From an uncultured bacterium (GTDB lineage Bacteria > Lernaellota > Lernaellaia > JACKCT01), in the NCBI GenBank assembly GCA_964586775.1, contig CAZPJD010000184.1:69987-133986 (forward strand): 64,000 nt of DNA, given 5' to 3'. Position 1 is the first letter of the stretch. Every line of letters begins with the position of its first letter. The position numbers and the translations under genes are program-made. The notes beneath the pieces are model-generated. The model saw nothing but the letters and a program-made list of their open reading frames with translations. It had not been told where the DNA came from and ran no database searches. Positions 9,944 to 21,704 of this stretch are shown piece by piece.

Positions 9944-10308
9944 GGATTCGGGGGGAGTGGGTTCACGGCGATGACGAGGTCTTCCACGGGCCGCCCGCCG
10001 ATCAGGTGTTCGTCGATGATGCGCTCGAGCGCCTCGGGCGTTGCCGCGCGATACCACGTGCCCTCGGGGTAGACGAGGCAGATCGGCCCGTCGGCGCAGA
10101 TGCGCAGGCACCCGACCTTGGAACGCAGCACGTTGCCGGGCGAAAGGCCGCGCTCGGCCATCCGCTTTTTCAGGAATTCCCAGGATTCGAGCCCCTGCTC
10201 GGGGTGGCAGCAGTCGGGCCCCGTGCACAACAAAATGTGCCGCGTACACTGGCCGAGCCGAAGGGCCGCGATCTTTCTGGCCGCGATTTCGTTCATGACG
10301 ACATACAA
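9940..10308 (-). CDS. thioredoxin-like [2Fe-2S] ferredoxin (NuoE-like fold)
   Basis: The four-Cys pattern CTGPDCC...C(x3)C with flanking GGRPVEDL is typical of thioredoxin-like [2Fe-2S] ferredoxins. Its stop overlaps the aroE start (ATGA), so it is translationally coupled to aroE-aroK. The true start may be the internal MNEIAARK at 10296. Confidence 0.65.
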   Translation of the reverse strand: MYVVMNEIAARKIAALRLGQCTRHILLCTGPDCCHPEQGLESWEFLKKRMAERGLSPGNVLRSKVGCLRICADGPICLVYPEGTWYRAATPEALERIIDEHLIGGRPVEDLVIAVNPLPPNP

Positions 10309-10488
10309 GACCGGTGACTTGGACGTGTCAATCGAATCGGCGAGGACTTCGGATGGTGGGCCGCTAAAAAATGGAGGGGACCGGCGGCGACATCAAGGGA
10401 GGGGTCCAGGCTCCTTGATCGAAACGGTTGTCGGGCGGATTACCAGCCGTTCCGCTGCCGCCGATCCCCGTCCGGTTCTCGTTCACGA

Positions 10489-11193
10489 TCAAGGAGGTTC
10501 GTGCCGCCCTCGTTCGCCAGTTCCGACGAGGATCGCCTCGGCGATCCGTCCCCAGGTTTCGTCGCCCGCGCCGTCCGGCGTTCGCCAGATCGACCGGTGC
10601 GTCCATTCGCCCAGGGTCTTTTCGTTCGACAACCGCGATACGTCGCCGGTTCCCGGCGGTTGGTTCATCACAAAACCGAGGTGAGTGACGCCCGCCGCGC
10701 GTAATGCACGCTCGGTGAGAAGCGCGTGGTTCAGGCAGCCGAGCCGATCGGCGACCACGACCAGCATCCGGGCGCCCGTTTGGGTCGCCAGATCGAGCAG
10801 CGTCCAACCCGGCGCGAGCGGCGCGAGCAGCCCGCCCGCCCCTTCGACCAGCACCACGTCGCACCCGTCGCGAAGGCCATCGACATGCCGCGCGATCAAG
10901 CCCGTGTCGATTTCGACGCCCTCGCTCGCCGCCGCCACATACGGCGCGACCGGCTCGCGAAAGCGGTACAGGCAGACATCCTCGATCGATTGATCCGCCC
11001 CCGCCGCGACGCGAAGACGCCCGGCGTCCGTTTCGTCTGCGTCGCCGTCTTGCGGCCAGCCGGTCTCGAGCGGCTTGCAGACGCGCACGCGAAGCCCCGC
11101 GGCCGTCCACGCCCGCGCGAGCGCGCAGGCGACCCACGTCTTGCCGACGCCGGTGTCGGTGCCGGTGACGGCGATCAGCCGCGCCCGGCTCAC
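10489..11193 (-). CDS. bioD: dethiobiotin synthetase
   Basis: GTG start at 11191-11193, seen as cac on the + strand, overlapping the stop of the upstream gene (GTGA). The N-terminal P-loop is IAVTGTDTGVGKTWV, with BioD motifs CKPLETG and VVLVEGAGGL. Confidence 0.8.
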   Translation of the reverse strand: MSRARLIAVTGTDTGVGKTWVACALARAWTAAGLRVRVCKPLETGWPQDGDADETDAGRLRVAAGADQSIEDVCLYRFREPVAPYVAAASEGVEIDTGLIARHVDGLRDGCDVVLVEGAGGLLAPLAPGWTLLDLATQTGARMLVVVADRLGCLNHALLTERALRAAGVTHLGFVMNQPPGTGDVSRLSNEKTLGEWTHRSIWRTPDGAGDETWGRIAEAILVGTGERGRHEPP

Positions 11194-12494
11194 GGTTTGA
11201 GCTTGGCGGCCTTTTCGACCGCCGCGTCGACGTGCGTGCGGATGGGTTCCATGAGGGCTTCGACGAGGGCGAGCACGATGCCCTCGGTGTGGCGCTGGAG
11301 CAGGTCGTTCGCCTCGTCCTCGGTCAGCTTGTGCGCCTTGGCCGACGCGCGCACGCTTTTGATCACCGACTCGAAGATCTCGCGCCGATACGGATCGGCG
11401 GTTTCGCGCAGAATCTCCTGCGTGAGCGTGACGGCGACGTTGTTGCGCCACAGCTCCTCGATCGCGGGATTGCCCTCGACCTTCTGCTCGGCAACCCACG
11501 CCTTTTTCGCCTCGGCGTCGTCGATCTGTTCGCGAATCAGCGCGACGCTCTGGTCGCTGTCGATGAGCTTGAAGAGGCGATTTTTGAGGTCCTCGTTGGC
11601 CGCGAAGGCGACGCGCCAATACTCGGTCACCGCCGCGCTGATCTTCTGCTTCTCGTCGTCCGTGGTGGTTTTCCACCGCGCCGCCGACGCCGCGAGCAGG
11701 GCGTCGATGCGGATGTTGAACTGGCTGCGCACGACCGCGTCGACGGCGTTGGAGTCGGACTGCGCCTGTTCGGTGCGCGTGACCGGCGGCAGCGTGAGAT
11801 GAAAGACGGCGGGGTCGGGCTTCTTGACCTCGAACGACGTGCGCACGAGGGAACGAACGACAATGTCGTTCTCGCGGTGCTCCACGGCCATCAACACGCC
11901 GGTCTTCGGGTCGATGCGGTGCGTGAAGTTTCCGTACGACACGACGATCTCTTTATCGCCGACCTGCGGTTCGTCGGGATTCGCGGCGAGCCGGTTGAGC
12001 CACGGGGCGTCGCACGCGCGCGCGCCAAAATAGACGGCGAGCTCCGCGTTCGATTCCGTCAGGTCGAGCAGCACAAAGGGAAAGACGTCGGCCTGATCGG
12101 GCCAGGTCTTCGCCGAGGGCACAAGCCAGTCGAGCGCGGCGAGCGCCTTGGCGGATTCCTTCACCACGCGGCGCGCGTTTTCGAGGCTCATCTCGAGCAC
12201 GGTGCCCGATTTTTCGTCGTAGTGAACGAGGCGCTTGCCGTCGTAGGCCGTCCGCACGTTTTTGGACACGACATCCATGCGCACGCGATCGGGCGATGCG
12301 TACGTCACCTCGATGCGGAGCGTCGCGCCGGTGGCGTTGTTCTTTCCCTCGTAAACGGCCGCGAAGCCAGGGAGCTGGAGCAGCTTCGCGCGCAGGTCGT
12401 CGGCGAGCTTTCGGTTGTCGGCCCGCGCGGATCCGGCGAACGCGAAGATAGCGCACCAGACCGCCGCCAAAGACGTAAAAACCCGAACCTTCAT
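11190..12494 (-). CDS. secreted hypothetical protein (434 aa)
   Basis: The start MKVRVF with signal peptide SLAAVWCAIFAFAGSARA. The track ORF extends 9 codons upstream to a GTG. The composition is coherent and Lys/Glu-rich, and the stop overlaps the bioD start. Confidence 0.65.
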   Translation of the reverse strand: MKVRVFTSLAAVWCAIFAFAGSARADNRKLADDLRAKLLQLPGFAAVYEGKNNATGATLRIEVTYASPDRVRMDVVSKNVRTAYDGKRLVHYDEKSGTVLEMSLENARRVVKESAKALAALDWLVPSAKTWPDQADVFPFVLLDLTESNAELAVYFGARACDAPWLNRLAANPDEPQVGDKEIVVSYGNFTHRIDPKTGVLMAVEHRENDIVVRSLVRTSFEVKKPDPAVFHLTLPPVTRTEQAQSDSNAVDAVVRSQFNIRIDALLAASAARWKTTTDDEKQKISAAVTEYWRVAFAANEDLKNRLFKLIDSDQSVALIREQIDDAEAKKAWVAEQKVEGNPAIEELWRNNVAVTLTQEILRETADPYRREIFESVIKSVRASAKAHKLTEDEANDLLQRHTEGIVLALVEALMEPIRTHVDAAVEKAAKLKP

Positions 12495-12509
12495 GAAAAG
12501 CCCCTGCCC

Positions 12510-12687
12510 TGTGGAGAACACCCCTATTTATCAGCCCGGGACGGCATCGGTCAAAACGCGATGGCCACAGCGATATCCACAGAATTTTCCGAATCAGGTC
12601 GGCCAGATCTCGAAGTTATCCCGTTTTCTATCCACACGCCTTTTTTTGCTTCGGAAAACCTGTGGATAAAAGGGCCACTTGTCCACA
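12510..12687. promoter_or_regulatory. cluster of five DnaA-box-like 9-mers (TTATCCACA/TGTGGATAA) in the 226-nt intergenic region, with a T-rich tract
   Basis: The five boxes are: TGTGGAGAA at 12510-12518; ATATCCACA at 12574-12582; CTATCCACA at 12628-12636; a perfect TGTGGATAA at 12661-12669; and TTGTCCACA at 12679-12687. A T7 tract lies at about 12641-12649. Confidence 0.45.
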
Positions 12688-12747
12688 GACAACACTCGCG
12701 ACGCACGCAGGCAAGGCTGAAAAACCGGGCCATCCGGTCGGTTTTCG

Positions 12748-13530
12748 TCACACGCTCGTCGCCCGGAAGCGCGGCACGATCTGCGCCGCCAGCTCGTCCC
12801 AAATATCGGCCGGCGCGGCGAGGTACGCATCGAGGATCTTCTCGCCGTTCAGGGTCGGTGCGGGATCGAAAGGCCGTCGATCGAGATCGAGATAGCTGCA
12901 CCCGACCGCGTCGAGAATGGCGAGGGACGCGGCGAGGTCCCAGATGTGCGACCGAAACGCGAGCGCCGCCGCCGCCTGCCCCGACGCGACGTAGCACAGG
13001 TGCTGCGCGACGCTGCCGTAGCCGCGGATCTTTCCCGCGAAGGTGGTCGTGTAATAGCGATGGAAGTTGCTGGGAGCGAGCAAGAGCCGGCCTTCGCCGA
13101 GCCGGCGATCGACCAGACGCGGCAGCGGCTCGCCGTTCAGATACGCCGTCCCCGCGTCCGCGGCGTACAGCAGGTCGAGGGCGGGATTGAAGAACACGCC
13201 GAGGGTGCATCGCCCGCTTTCCACCAGCCCGATCGAAACACCGAAGTGCACGAAGCCGCGATGGTAGGAATCGGTGCCATCGATGGGATCGACGGCGAAG
13301 GTCGGTCCGCTTCGGTCGCCGTCACCAAGCCCGCCTTCTTCGCCGACAATGGCAAAATCGGGAAACGACCGGCCGAGCGCCTCGACGATGCGCGCCTGCA
13401 CCGCGACGTCGGCGTTGGTGACGATGGAGCCGTCGGGTTTCGTCTCGACGCGAAGGTCGTGACGCAGGTCGAGCGCCAGGCGCCCCGCGTCGCGGGCGAT
13501 GGCGATCACCGCCTGCAAGCGATCGGTCAT
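12748..13530 (-). CDS. inositol monophosphatase family protein (SuhB/CysQ/ImpA-like), copy 1
   Basis: The metal-binding signature FAVDPIDGTDSY (DPIDGT) is present, plus the WDxAAG-like motif IWDLAAS. 260 aa. Its start overlaps the stop of the upstream PP-loop gene (ATGA). Confidence 0.85.
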   Translation of the reverse strand: MTDRLQAVIAIARDAGRLALDLRHDLRVETKPDGSIVTNADVAVQARIVEALGRSFPDFAIVGEEGGLGDGDRSGPTFAVDPIDGTDSYHRGFVHFGVSIGLVESGRCTLGVFFNPALDLLYAADAGTAYLNGEPLPRLVDRRLGEGRLLLAPSNFHRYYTTTFAGKIRGYGSVAQHLCYVASGQAAAALAFRSHIWDLAASLAILDAVGCSYLDLDRRPFDPAPTLNGEKILDAYLAAPADIWDELAAQIVPRFRATSV

Positions 13531-14378
13531 TGGTGCCGGGCTTTCGTTTCTTCGTCGAGCGATTCGTTCATCGATCCCGACCGGTAGCCTTCGAGATCGA
13601 GCACGACGTACGTGAATCCCTGCGACTTGATGGCCGCGATCACGCGTGTGCGCGCGGCCTCGTCGAGCATGCGCGCGAAGTCCGCGGGCGGGATTTCGAC
13701 GCGCGCGATCTCGTCGTGAAAGCGAACCCGATAACCGCGAAAACCCTCTCTACGCAGCGCCTCTTCGCACGCCTCGACGCGACCGAGCCGCGCGACGGAG
13801 ATCGATGTGCCGTACGGAAAGCGCGACGCGAGGCACGCGAACGCGGGCTTGTCCCACGTGGGCAGGTCCATGGCGTGCGACGCCGCGCGGATGTCGTCTT
13901 TCGACAGGCGCGCCTCGGCAAGGGGGTGGCGAACCTCCCAGTCGGCGGCGGCGCGTTTGCCGGGGCGATAGTCGCCTTCGTCGTCGGCGTTGAATCCGTC
14001 GCAGACCCAGCGAATGCCGAGGCGCGTTGCCTCGTCGGCGCAGATGGAAAACAACTCGGTCTTGCAGTGAAAGCAGCGGTCGGGGTTGTTGGCCGCGTAG
14101 TCGGCGTTTTCGATTTCGTGACTGGTCACGACGCGCAGATTCGCACCGACCCGCTTCGCGAAATCGAGCGCCTCGGCGAGTTCGGATCGCGGCAGCGAGG
14201 GGCCGTCGGCGATGAGCCCCGTCACGCCTTCGCCGACGTTTTTTGCCGCGAAGGCGAGCAGAAACGCGGAATCGACGCCGCCGGAGAAGGCCACGAGAAA
14301 GCGGTCCATGTCGCGCAGGATCGCGCGCAGCCGGTCCAGCTTGTCGTCGAGATTGGAATTTTCTCGGGCCGTGTTCAT
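13527..14378 (-). CDS. PP-loop ATP pyrophosphatase of the TIGR00268/LarE-like family (three-Cys variant)
   Basis: PP-loop LVAFSGGVDSAFL. A conserved Cys cluster CFHCKTELFSIC (CxxCx7C) resembles the Fe-S-type LarE-like sulfur-insertion enzymes. 283 aa. Confidence 0.75.
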   Translation of the reverse strand: MNTARENSNLDDKLDRLRAILRDMDRFLVAFSGGVDSAFLLAFAAKNVGEGVTGLIADGPSLPRSELAEALDFAKRVGANLRVVTSHEIENADYAANNPDRCFHCKTELFSICADEATRLGIRWVCDGFNADDEGDYRPGKRAAADWEVRHPLAEARLSKDDIRAASHAMDLPTWDKPAFACLASRFPYGTSISVARLGRVEACEEALRREGFRGYRVRFHDEIARVEIPPADFARMLDEAARTRVIAAIKSQGFTYVVLDLEGYRSGSMNESLDEETKARHQ

Positions 14379-14501
14379 CGCGCCCGCCTTTTACCCGTTG
14401 CGCGCCGCACTGTCCACGACCAACGTCAGGATTCGGCGACTGCGACGAAAAGATCGAGGAGCGGCGTTTTTGGTGATCTTGTGACGCACGTCGCGCGTCG
14501 G

Positions 14502-14532
14502 TAGCAAAGAGAAGGCCGACCCGAAGGCCGGC
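14502..14532 (-). terminator. rho-independent terminator with a UUCG tetraloop after the cytochrome c gene
   Basis: The minus-strand RNA GGCCGGCC-UUCG-GGUCGGCC forms an 8-bp stem with one G.U pair, followed by UUCUCUUUGCU. It lies 28 nt downstream of the TAA stop at 14560. Confidence 0.5.
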
Positions 14533-14559
14533 CTGCTGCGCGTCGTCTTGACTGCGGGA

Positions 14560-14955
14560 TTACTTTGCGAACGCGCGCACGTAAGCCGCCACGTCCTTGA
14601 TTTCCTGATCTTTCAGCGTGCCCTTCCACGGGGCCATAAGAGGCGACTTGCCGACCGCCGCGCCGCCCTCGGTGATGACCTTGAGCAGGTTTTCGTCGGT
14701 CAGGCCGGTCATGTACGCCTTGTCGGTGAAGGCGCGCGGCTTGGGGTTGAGCGCCGCGCCCGCGGGGCCGTTGCCGTCGCCTTTTTCGCCGTGGCACGAG
14801 AAGCAGAAGGTCTTGTAGGGGGCCGCGCCTTTGGCCGCGTCGCCGAGCAGACCGGCGGCATCGGCGGCGGGGCCGAACGCGATCTGCGCCGCCATCGCCA
14901 AGGCCATCGCCATGGCGACCGTCATCACGAACTTGGAAACCGAACCCTTGCTCAT
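14560..14955 (-). CDS. class I c-type cytochrome (mono-haem, c553-like), periplasmic
   Basis: Signal peptide MTVAMAMALAMAAQIAFG, a haem-binding CFSCHG (CxxCH) motif, and a distal Met candidate in LMAPW. 131 aa. It is the last gene of the molybdoenzyme operon. Confidence 0.85.
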   Translation of the reverse strand: MSKGSVSKFVMTVAMAMALAMAAQIAFGPAADAAGLLGDAAKGAAPYKTFCFSCHGEKGDGNGPAGAALNPKPRAFTDKAYMTGLTDENLLKVITEGGAAVGKSPLMAPWKGTLKDQEIKDVAAYVRAFAK

Positions 14956-15028
14956 GTCATCTCTCCTTCATCGATTCCGCGGCGGGCGACCCGCCGGATG
15001 TGGGCGACGGCGAATGTTCGTCGCGGTT

Positions 15029-15781
15029 TCACGAATGGGGGACGCCGGGATCGAACTCGACGGGCGTCCATTGTTCCTCGGTGGCCATGGGGCACTCGTA
15101 GGGCGTGCCGTCGTCGGCGACGAACGCCGCCGGATCGCCCGCGGGCCAGTTGTGCGCGAGCACAAGGCCGTCCCACAGATGGCCCAGCGCCGCGGCCGCC
15201 GCGTCGAGCACGCCGCCGGGCACGGTGGCCGAGAGCCGCTCGCAAAAAGCGGGCAGCCAGTCGCCCAGGTGATCCCACACGAAGCCGTCGATGGCGGCCT
15301 GCGTGATCGTCAGACGTTCGTGCTCGGCCTCGGCCTTGGCGCGCTCGGCCATCACCAGCAGCGCGGCGAGGAATTCGAGCTCGCAGACGAGGTGATCGGC
15401 GCGGCGCTCGCCGGGTTGATCGGCGCGAAAGCCGAACGCCTCGTAGAATCCGGCGATGTCTCCCAGGATCGCGCCCTTGTCGCGACGCACGAACGCCGAC
15501 TCGTAAGGCGGGCAGTCGGACTGCGCCCAGAACGCGCGGGCGTGCTCGGCCTCGATCTGGTCGAGCGGTGCGCCCGTCACGCGGGCGTGGAGTTCGTCGA
15601 TCGCCGCGACCAGCGCCTCGGCCCCGCCGAAACCCGCCGTGTCGATCAGGGCGCGCAGATCCTCGATCTTCGTGTCGCGCAGCGCGTGCGCCGAGGCGGG
15701 GCTGTTGAAGGCGTCGGCGAGCACGCCCAGCAGGTCGGACTGCGCGAGCGGCGCGAGGTTGGTGAAGCCGACGGTCGTCAC
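15029..15781 (-). CDS. TorD/NarJ-family redox-enzyme maturation chaperone (delta subunit)
   Basis: GTG start overlapping the gamma-subunit stop (GTGA). The sequence is helical and Ala/Leu/Glu-rich, with TorD-family features (EHARAFW...YESAF...). 250 aa. Confidence 0.7.
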   Translation of the reverse strand: MTTVGFTNLAPLAQSDLLGVLADAFNSPASAHALRDTKIEDLRALIDTAGFGGAEALVAAIDELHARVTGAPLDQIEAEHARAFWAQSDCPPYESAFVRRDKGAILGDIAGFYEAFGFRADQPGERRADHLVCELEFLAALLVMAERAKAEAEHERLTITQAAIDGFVWDHLGDWLPAFCERLSATVPGGVLDAAAAALGHLWDGLVLAHNWPAGDPAAFVADDGTPYECPMATEEQWTPVEFDPGVPHS

Positions 15782-16755
15782 GGTTGCACCTCGAAGGGCA
15801 CCCAGTTCGTCCAGTGCTTTCGCCCGCCGACGTTTTCGTGCGTGCCTTCCCAAACGGCGAACGACACCTGGCCCGTGCCGCCGAGCTGGAACTGGTAGTC
15901 GCCCGGATCGCTCGACGAGAGCGGTCGCGAAAACACAACGGACCACGTTCCGTTCGCCCACACGCCCTTGGCACGCGAGACGGAATCCTTCTGGTGCGTG
16001 AGCGTGCCGAAACCCTCGGCGATCAGTTCTTCGGCCGGCTGCGTGCGAGAGAACACGGCCAGGGGATTGCCCGCCTGGTTGGCGACGAACCACTGCATCG
16101 AGCGCGGGTCCTTGAACGCCGACGGGATCGGATACGGGAACTGGCCCTCGGCGAACCAGTACAGGTCGCTCCAGTAGTTCGGATGAAGATCCTGAACGTC
16201 CTGAAAGCCCACGTCGAGGTCCTTCTGCCACAGCGCCTTCCAGTGGACGATCTGCACCTTGCCGGTTTCACGGTGGCCCATCATGGGGGCCGCGCCGGGG
16301 TCGAGGGGGAACTGCATCGCCACTGCGTCGGTGAACCTGGCCGTATCGACGTTTCCGTCGGCGGTGGCATCGGTCCACGTGAGCCGCCACGCGATGGTCT
16401 TGCCGTCGGTCACCGCCTGCACATCGACCTGATCGAGGGCCTTTTGCTCGGGCAAGAGCTGCGGCGCGGTGATGAGTTGCGGCAGCACGGGAACGCGATA
16501 GTACGGAACATCCTTCCAGTATTCGGCATACGGATTGTCCGTCGCGAGGTCGGCCTTGGCCCGAACGACGACGAGCTTGTCGGCCTGCGAAGAGTTGATG
16601 GTCGGAAACTCGCCGGCGGGCGGCCACGGGGCCTTGGCGACCGGCGCGGCGGCGTCTTCCAGCGCGGCTTCGGGCGCGGTGGTGGACGCGCACGCGGCGG
16701 CGAACGCGAGCGCGATCGTTGCAACAACACCCACGATGATGGTTCGCATCGTCAT
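15778..16755 (-). CDS. gamma subunit, periplasmic haem b protein of type II DMSO-reductase-family enzymes (EbdC/NxrC/DdhC-like)
   Basis: Signal peptide with lipobox-like AFAAAC. 325 aa. The sequence resembles ethylbenzene-dehydrogenase gamma/DOMON-like haem-binding subunits. It sits immediately downstream of the beta subunit. Confidence 0.7.
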   Translation of the reverse strand: MTMRTIIVGVVATIALAFAAACASTTAPEAALEDAAAPVAKAPWPPAGEFPTINSSQADKLVVVRAKADLATDNPYAEYWKDVPYYRVPVLPQLITAPQLLPEQKALDQVDVQAVTDGKTIAWRLTWTDATADGNVDTARFTDAVAMQFPLDPGAAPMMGHRETGKVQIVHWKALWQKDLDVGFQDVQDLHPNYWSDLYWFAEGQFPYPIPSAFKDPRSMQWFVANQAGNPLAVFSRTQPAEELIAEGFGTLTHQKDSVSRAKGVWANGTWSVVFSRPLSSSDPGDYQFQLGGTGQVSFAVWEGTHENVGGRKHWTNWVPFEVQP

Positions 16756-16765
16756 TGCCCGCCCC

Positions 16766-17893
16766 TCAGTTCGTGTTGTGACGATACGCGCCGAAGCGCT
16801 CGTCGCGGTGATCGCGAATGTACGTCGGCTCGGTGAAGGGCACGCGGGTCACCTCTTCGCCCTTGTCGTTCCAGCCGACCACCTCGTCGCCCTGCACCTC
16901 GAACCGGTCGATGATGTACTCGGTCGATCCAAAGAGCATGAGCGCGCCGAGGAGCTTCTTGTCGTTCTTCAAGTTTCGGTAAGTCTCTTTCGCCTCTTCC
17001 ACGCCCGGCCCGAAGATCATCTCGAGGAAGCCGTCGGGCACGTGGATCGGCGGGATGTAGTAGACGTTCGGACCGGTGCCGAACTGCGGGTAGAGCGGCA
17101 ACGCGAGCTTGCGGATCTTGACGATGTAGTCGAAGGGATTGTCCTCGCGCGGCTGGTCCTGCGTGGTGAGGAAACCGTGCAGGCGGATCTTGCCGATGCA
17201 CGACTCGACGCACAGCGCGACCTTGCCTTCTTCGACGCGCGGGAAGCAGCCGATGCACTTCTCGCTCGCGCGGCCGATGACGTTGTAGAAGACCTTCTTG
17301 TACGGGCAGGCCTTCACGCACTCCTGATAGCCGCGGCAGCGCTCCTGATCGACGAGCACGATGCCGTCCTCTTCGCGTTTGTAGATCGCCTTGCGCGGGC
17401 ACGCGGCGGCGCAGGCCGGGTTGTCGCAGTGGTTGCAGATGCGCGCGAGGTAGAACATCCAGTGCGGGTGAACGCCATCGAAGAATCCGCCCTGTTCCAT
17501 CAGGCCGGTCGTGTCGTCCTCGCCGATATTCGGCGCGGCGTAGTCCTCGATGACGGGGCGGTGGCCGGTCGGCGGGTCGAGCGGACCGTGCGTTTCAAAG
17601 ACGGTCTTGCCGATGAACGTGACCTTGTTCCACTCGCCCGGGCCCTGCATGTCCAGCAGCTTCTGATCCCAGGCCAGCGGATAGCCGCCGTATGGCTTGG
17701 TCTCGACGTTGTTGTAGAAGATGTGCTCCTGGCCCTTGCCACTGGTCCAGCAGGTTTTGCAGGCCACGGTGCAGGTCTGGCACTCGATGCACTTGTTCGT
17801 ATCGAAGATGTAGGCGACCTGCCGTTTGGGCGGAGTGGAATCGTAGGGGTAATCCATCTCCCGGCCGATCTGCCAATTGAATCGCTTCGCCAT
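16766..17893 (-). CDS. beta subunit, four-cluster Fe-S protein of a NarH/EbdB-type molybdoenzyme
   Basis: Four Cys clusters: CIECQTCTVAC, CNHCDNPACAAAC, CRGYQECVKAC and CIGCFPRVEEGKVALCVESC. The N-terminus MAKRFNWQIGREMD...NKCIECQTC is typical of NarH/EbdB/SerB. 375 aa. Confidence 0.9.
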   Translation of the reverse strand: MAKRFNWQIGREMDYPYDSTPPKRQVAYIFDTNKCIECQTCTVACKTCWTSGKGQEHIFYNNVETKPYGGYPLAWDQKLLDMQGPGEWNKVTFIGKTVFETHGPLDPPTGHRPVIEDYAAPNIGEDDTTGLMEQGGFFDGVHPHWMFYLARICNHCDNPACAAACPRKAIYKREEDGIVLVDQERCRGYQECVKACPYKKVFYNVIGRASEKCIGCFPRVEEGKVALCVESCIGKIRLHGFLTTQDQPREDNPFDYIVKIRKLALPLYPQFGTGPNVYYIPPIHVPDGFLEMIFGPGVEEAKETYRNLKNDKKLLGALMLFGSTEYIIDRFEVQGDEVVGWNDKGEEVTRVPFTEPTYIRDHRDERFGAYRHNTN

Positions 17894-17914
17894 GGTCGAT
17901 GCCTCCGTTGATGA

Positions 17915-21394
<3,480 letters not shown>

Positions 21395-21558
21395 GTCGCC
21401 TCCCGCGATCGCGATGGGATGTCGTACCTGTGGAACGAACTCGAACCCTGGGAAACCAGTTGCCCTGCGGCCGACGACGGGCGTCGGGGCGGCGGGCAAA
21501 ATCCGAAAAATGACGTGTTCCGTCGCGAGCCTTATCCCACATGCCGCGGGGCATGAGT

Positions 21559-21572
21559 TTGACGTGCGTCAA
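21559..21572 (-). promoter_or_regulatory. FNR/Dnr/FixK-type CRP-family binding site TTGAC-N4-GTCAA upstream of the molybdoenzyme operon
   Basis: Perfect palindrome TTGACgtgcGTCAA about 165-180 nt upstream of the alpha-subunit start. Confidence 0.45.
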
Positions 21573-21704
21573 AGGCGCGCGAATTCCATGAGCAACATAC
21601 CGGTCGGGATGATTGGAATGTCCCGAAGGCGGTCCAAGGGCGTTCGTCCTGTAGAACGTGACGCGATCGCATGGAGCGGGTCGTCCGCTCTCACCGCTTC
21701 GAAG

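Noticed and set aside
12495-12747. Interpretation of the DnaA-box cluster as the chromosomal origin (oriC)
   Set aside because: No dnaA/dnaN is nearby, and both flanking genes are on the same strand, so there is no strand switch. The finding was kept as a DnaA-binding cluster, not called oriC.
14378-14560. Possible additional small gene or RNA between the cytochrome c and PP-loop genes
   Set aside because: The region is accounted for by the UUCG-tetraloop terminator plus the promoter space for the downstream operon. All ORFs here are Arg-rich.
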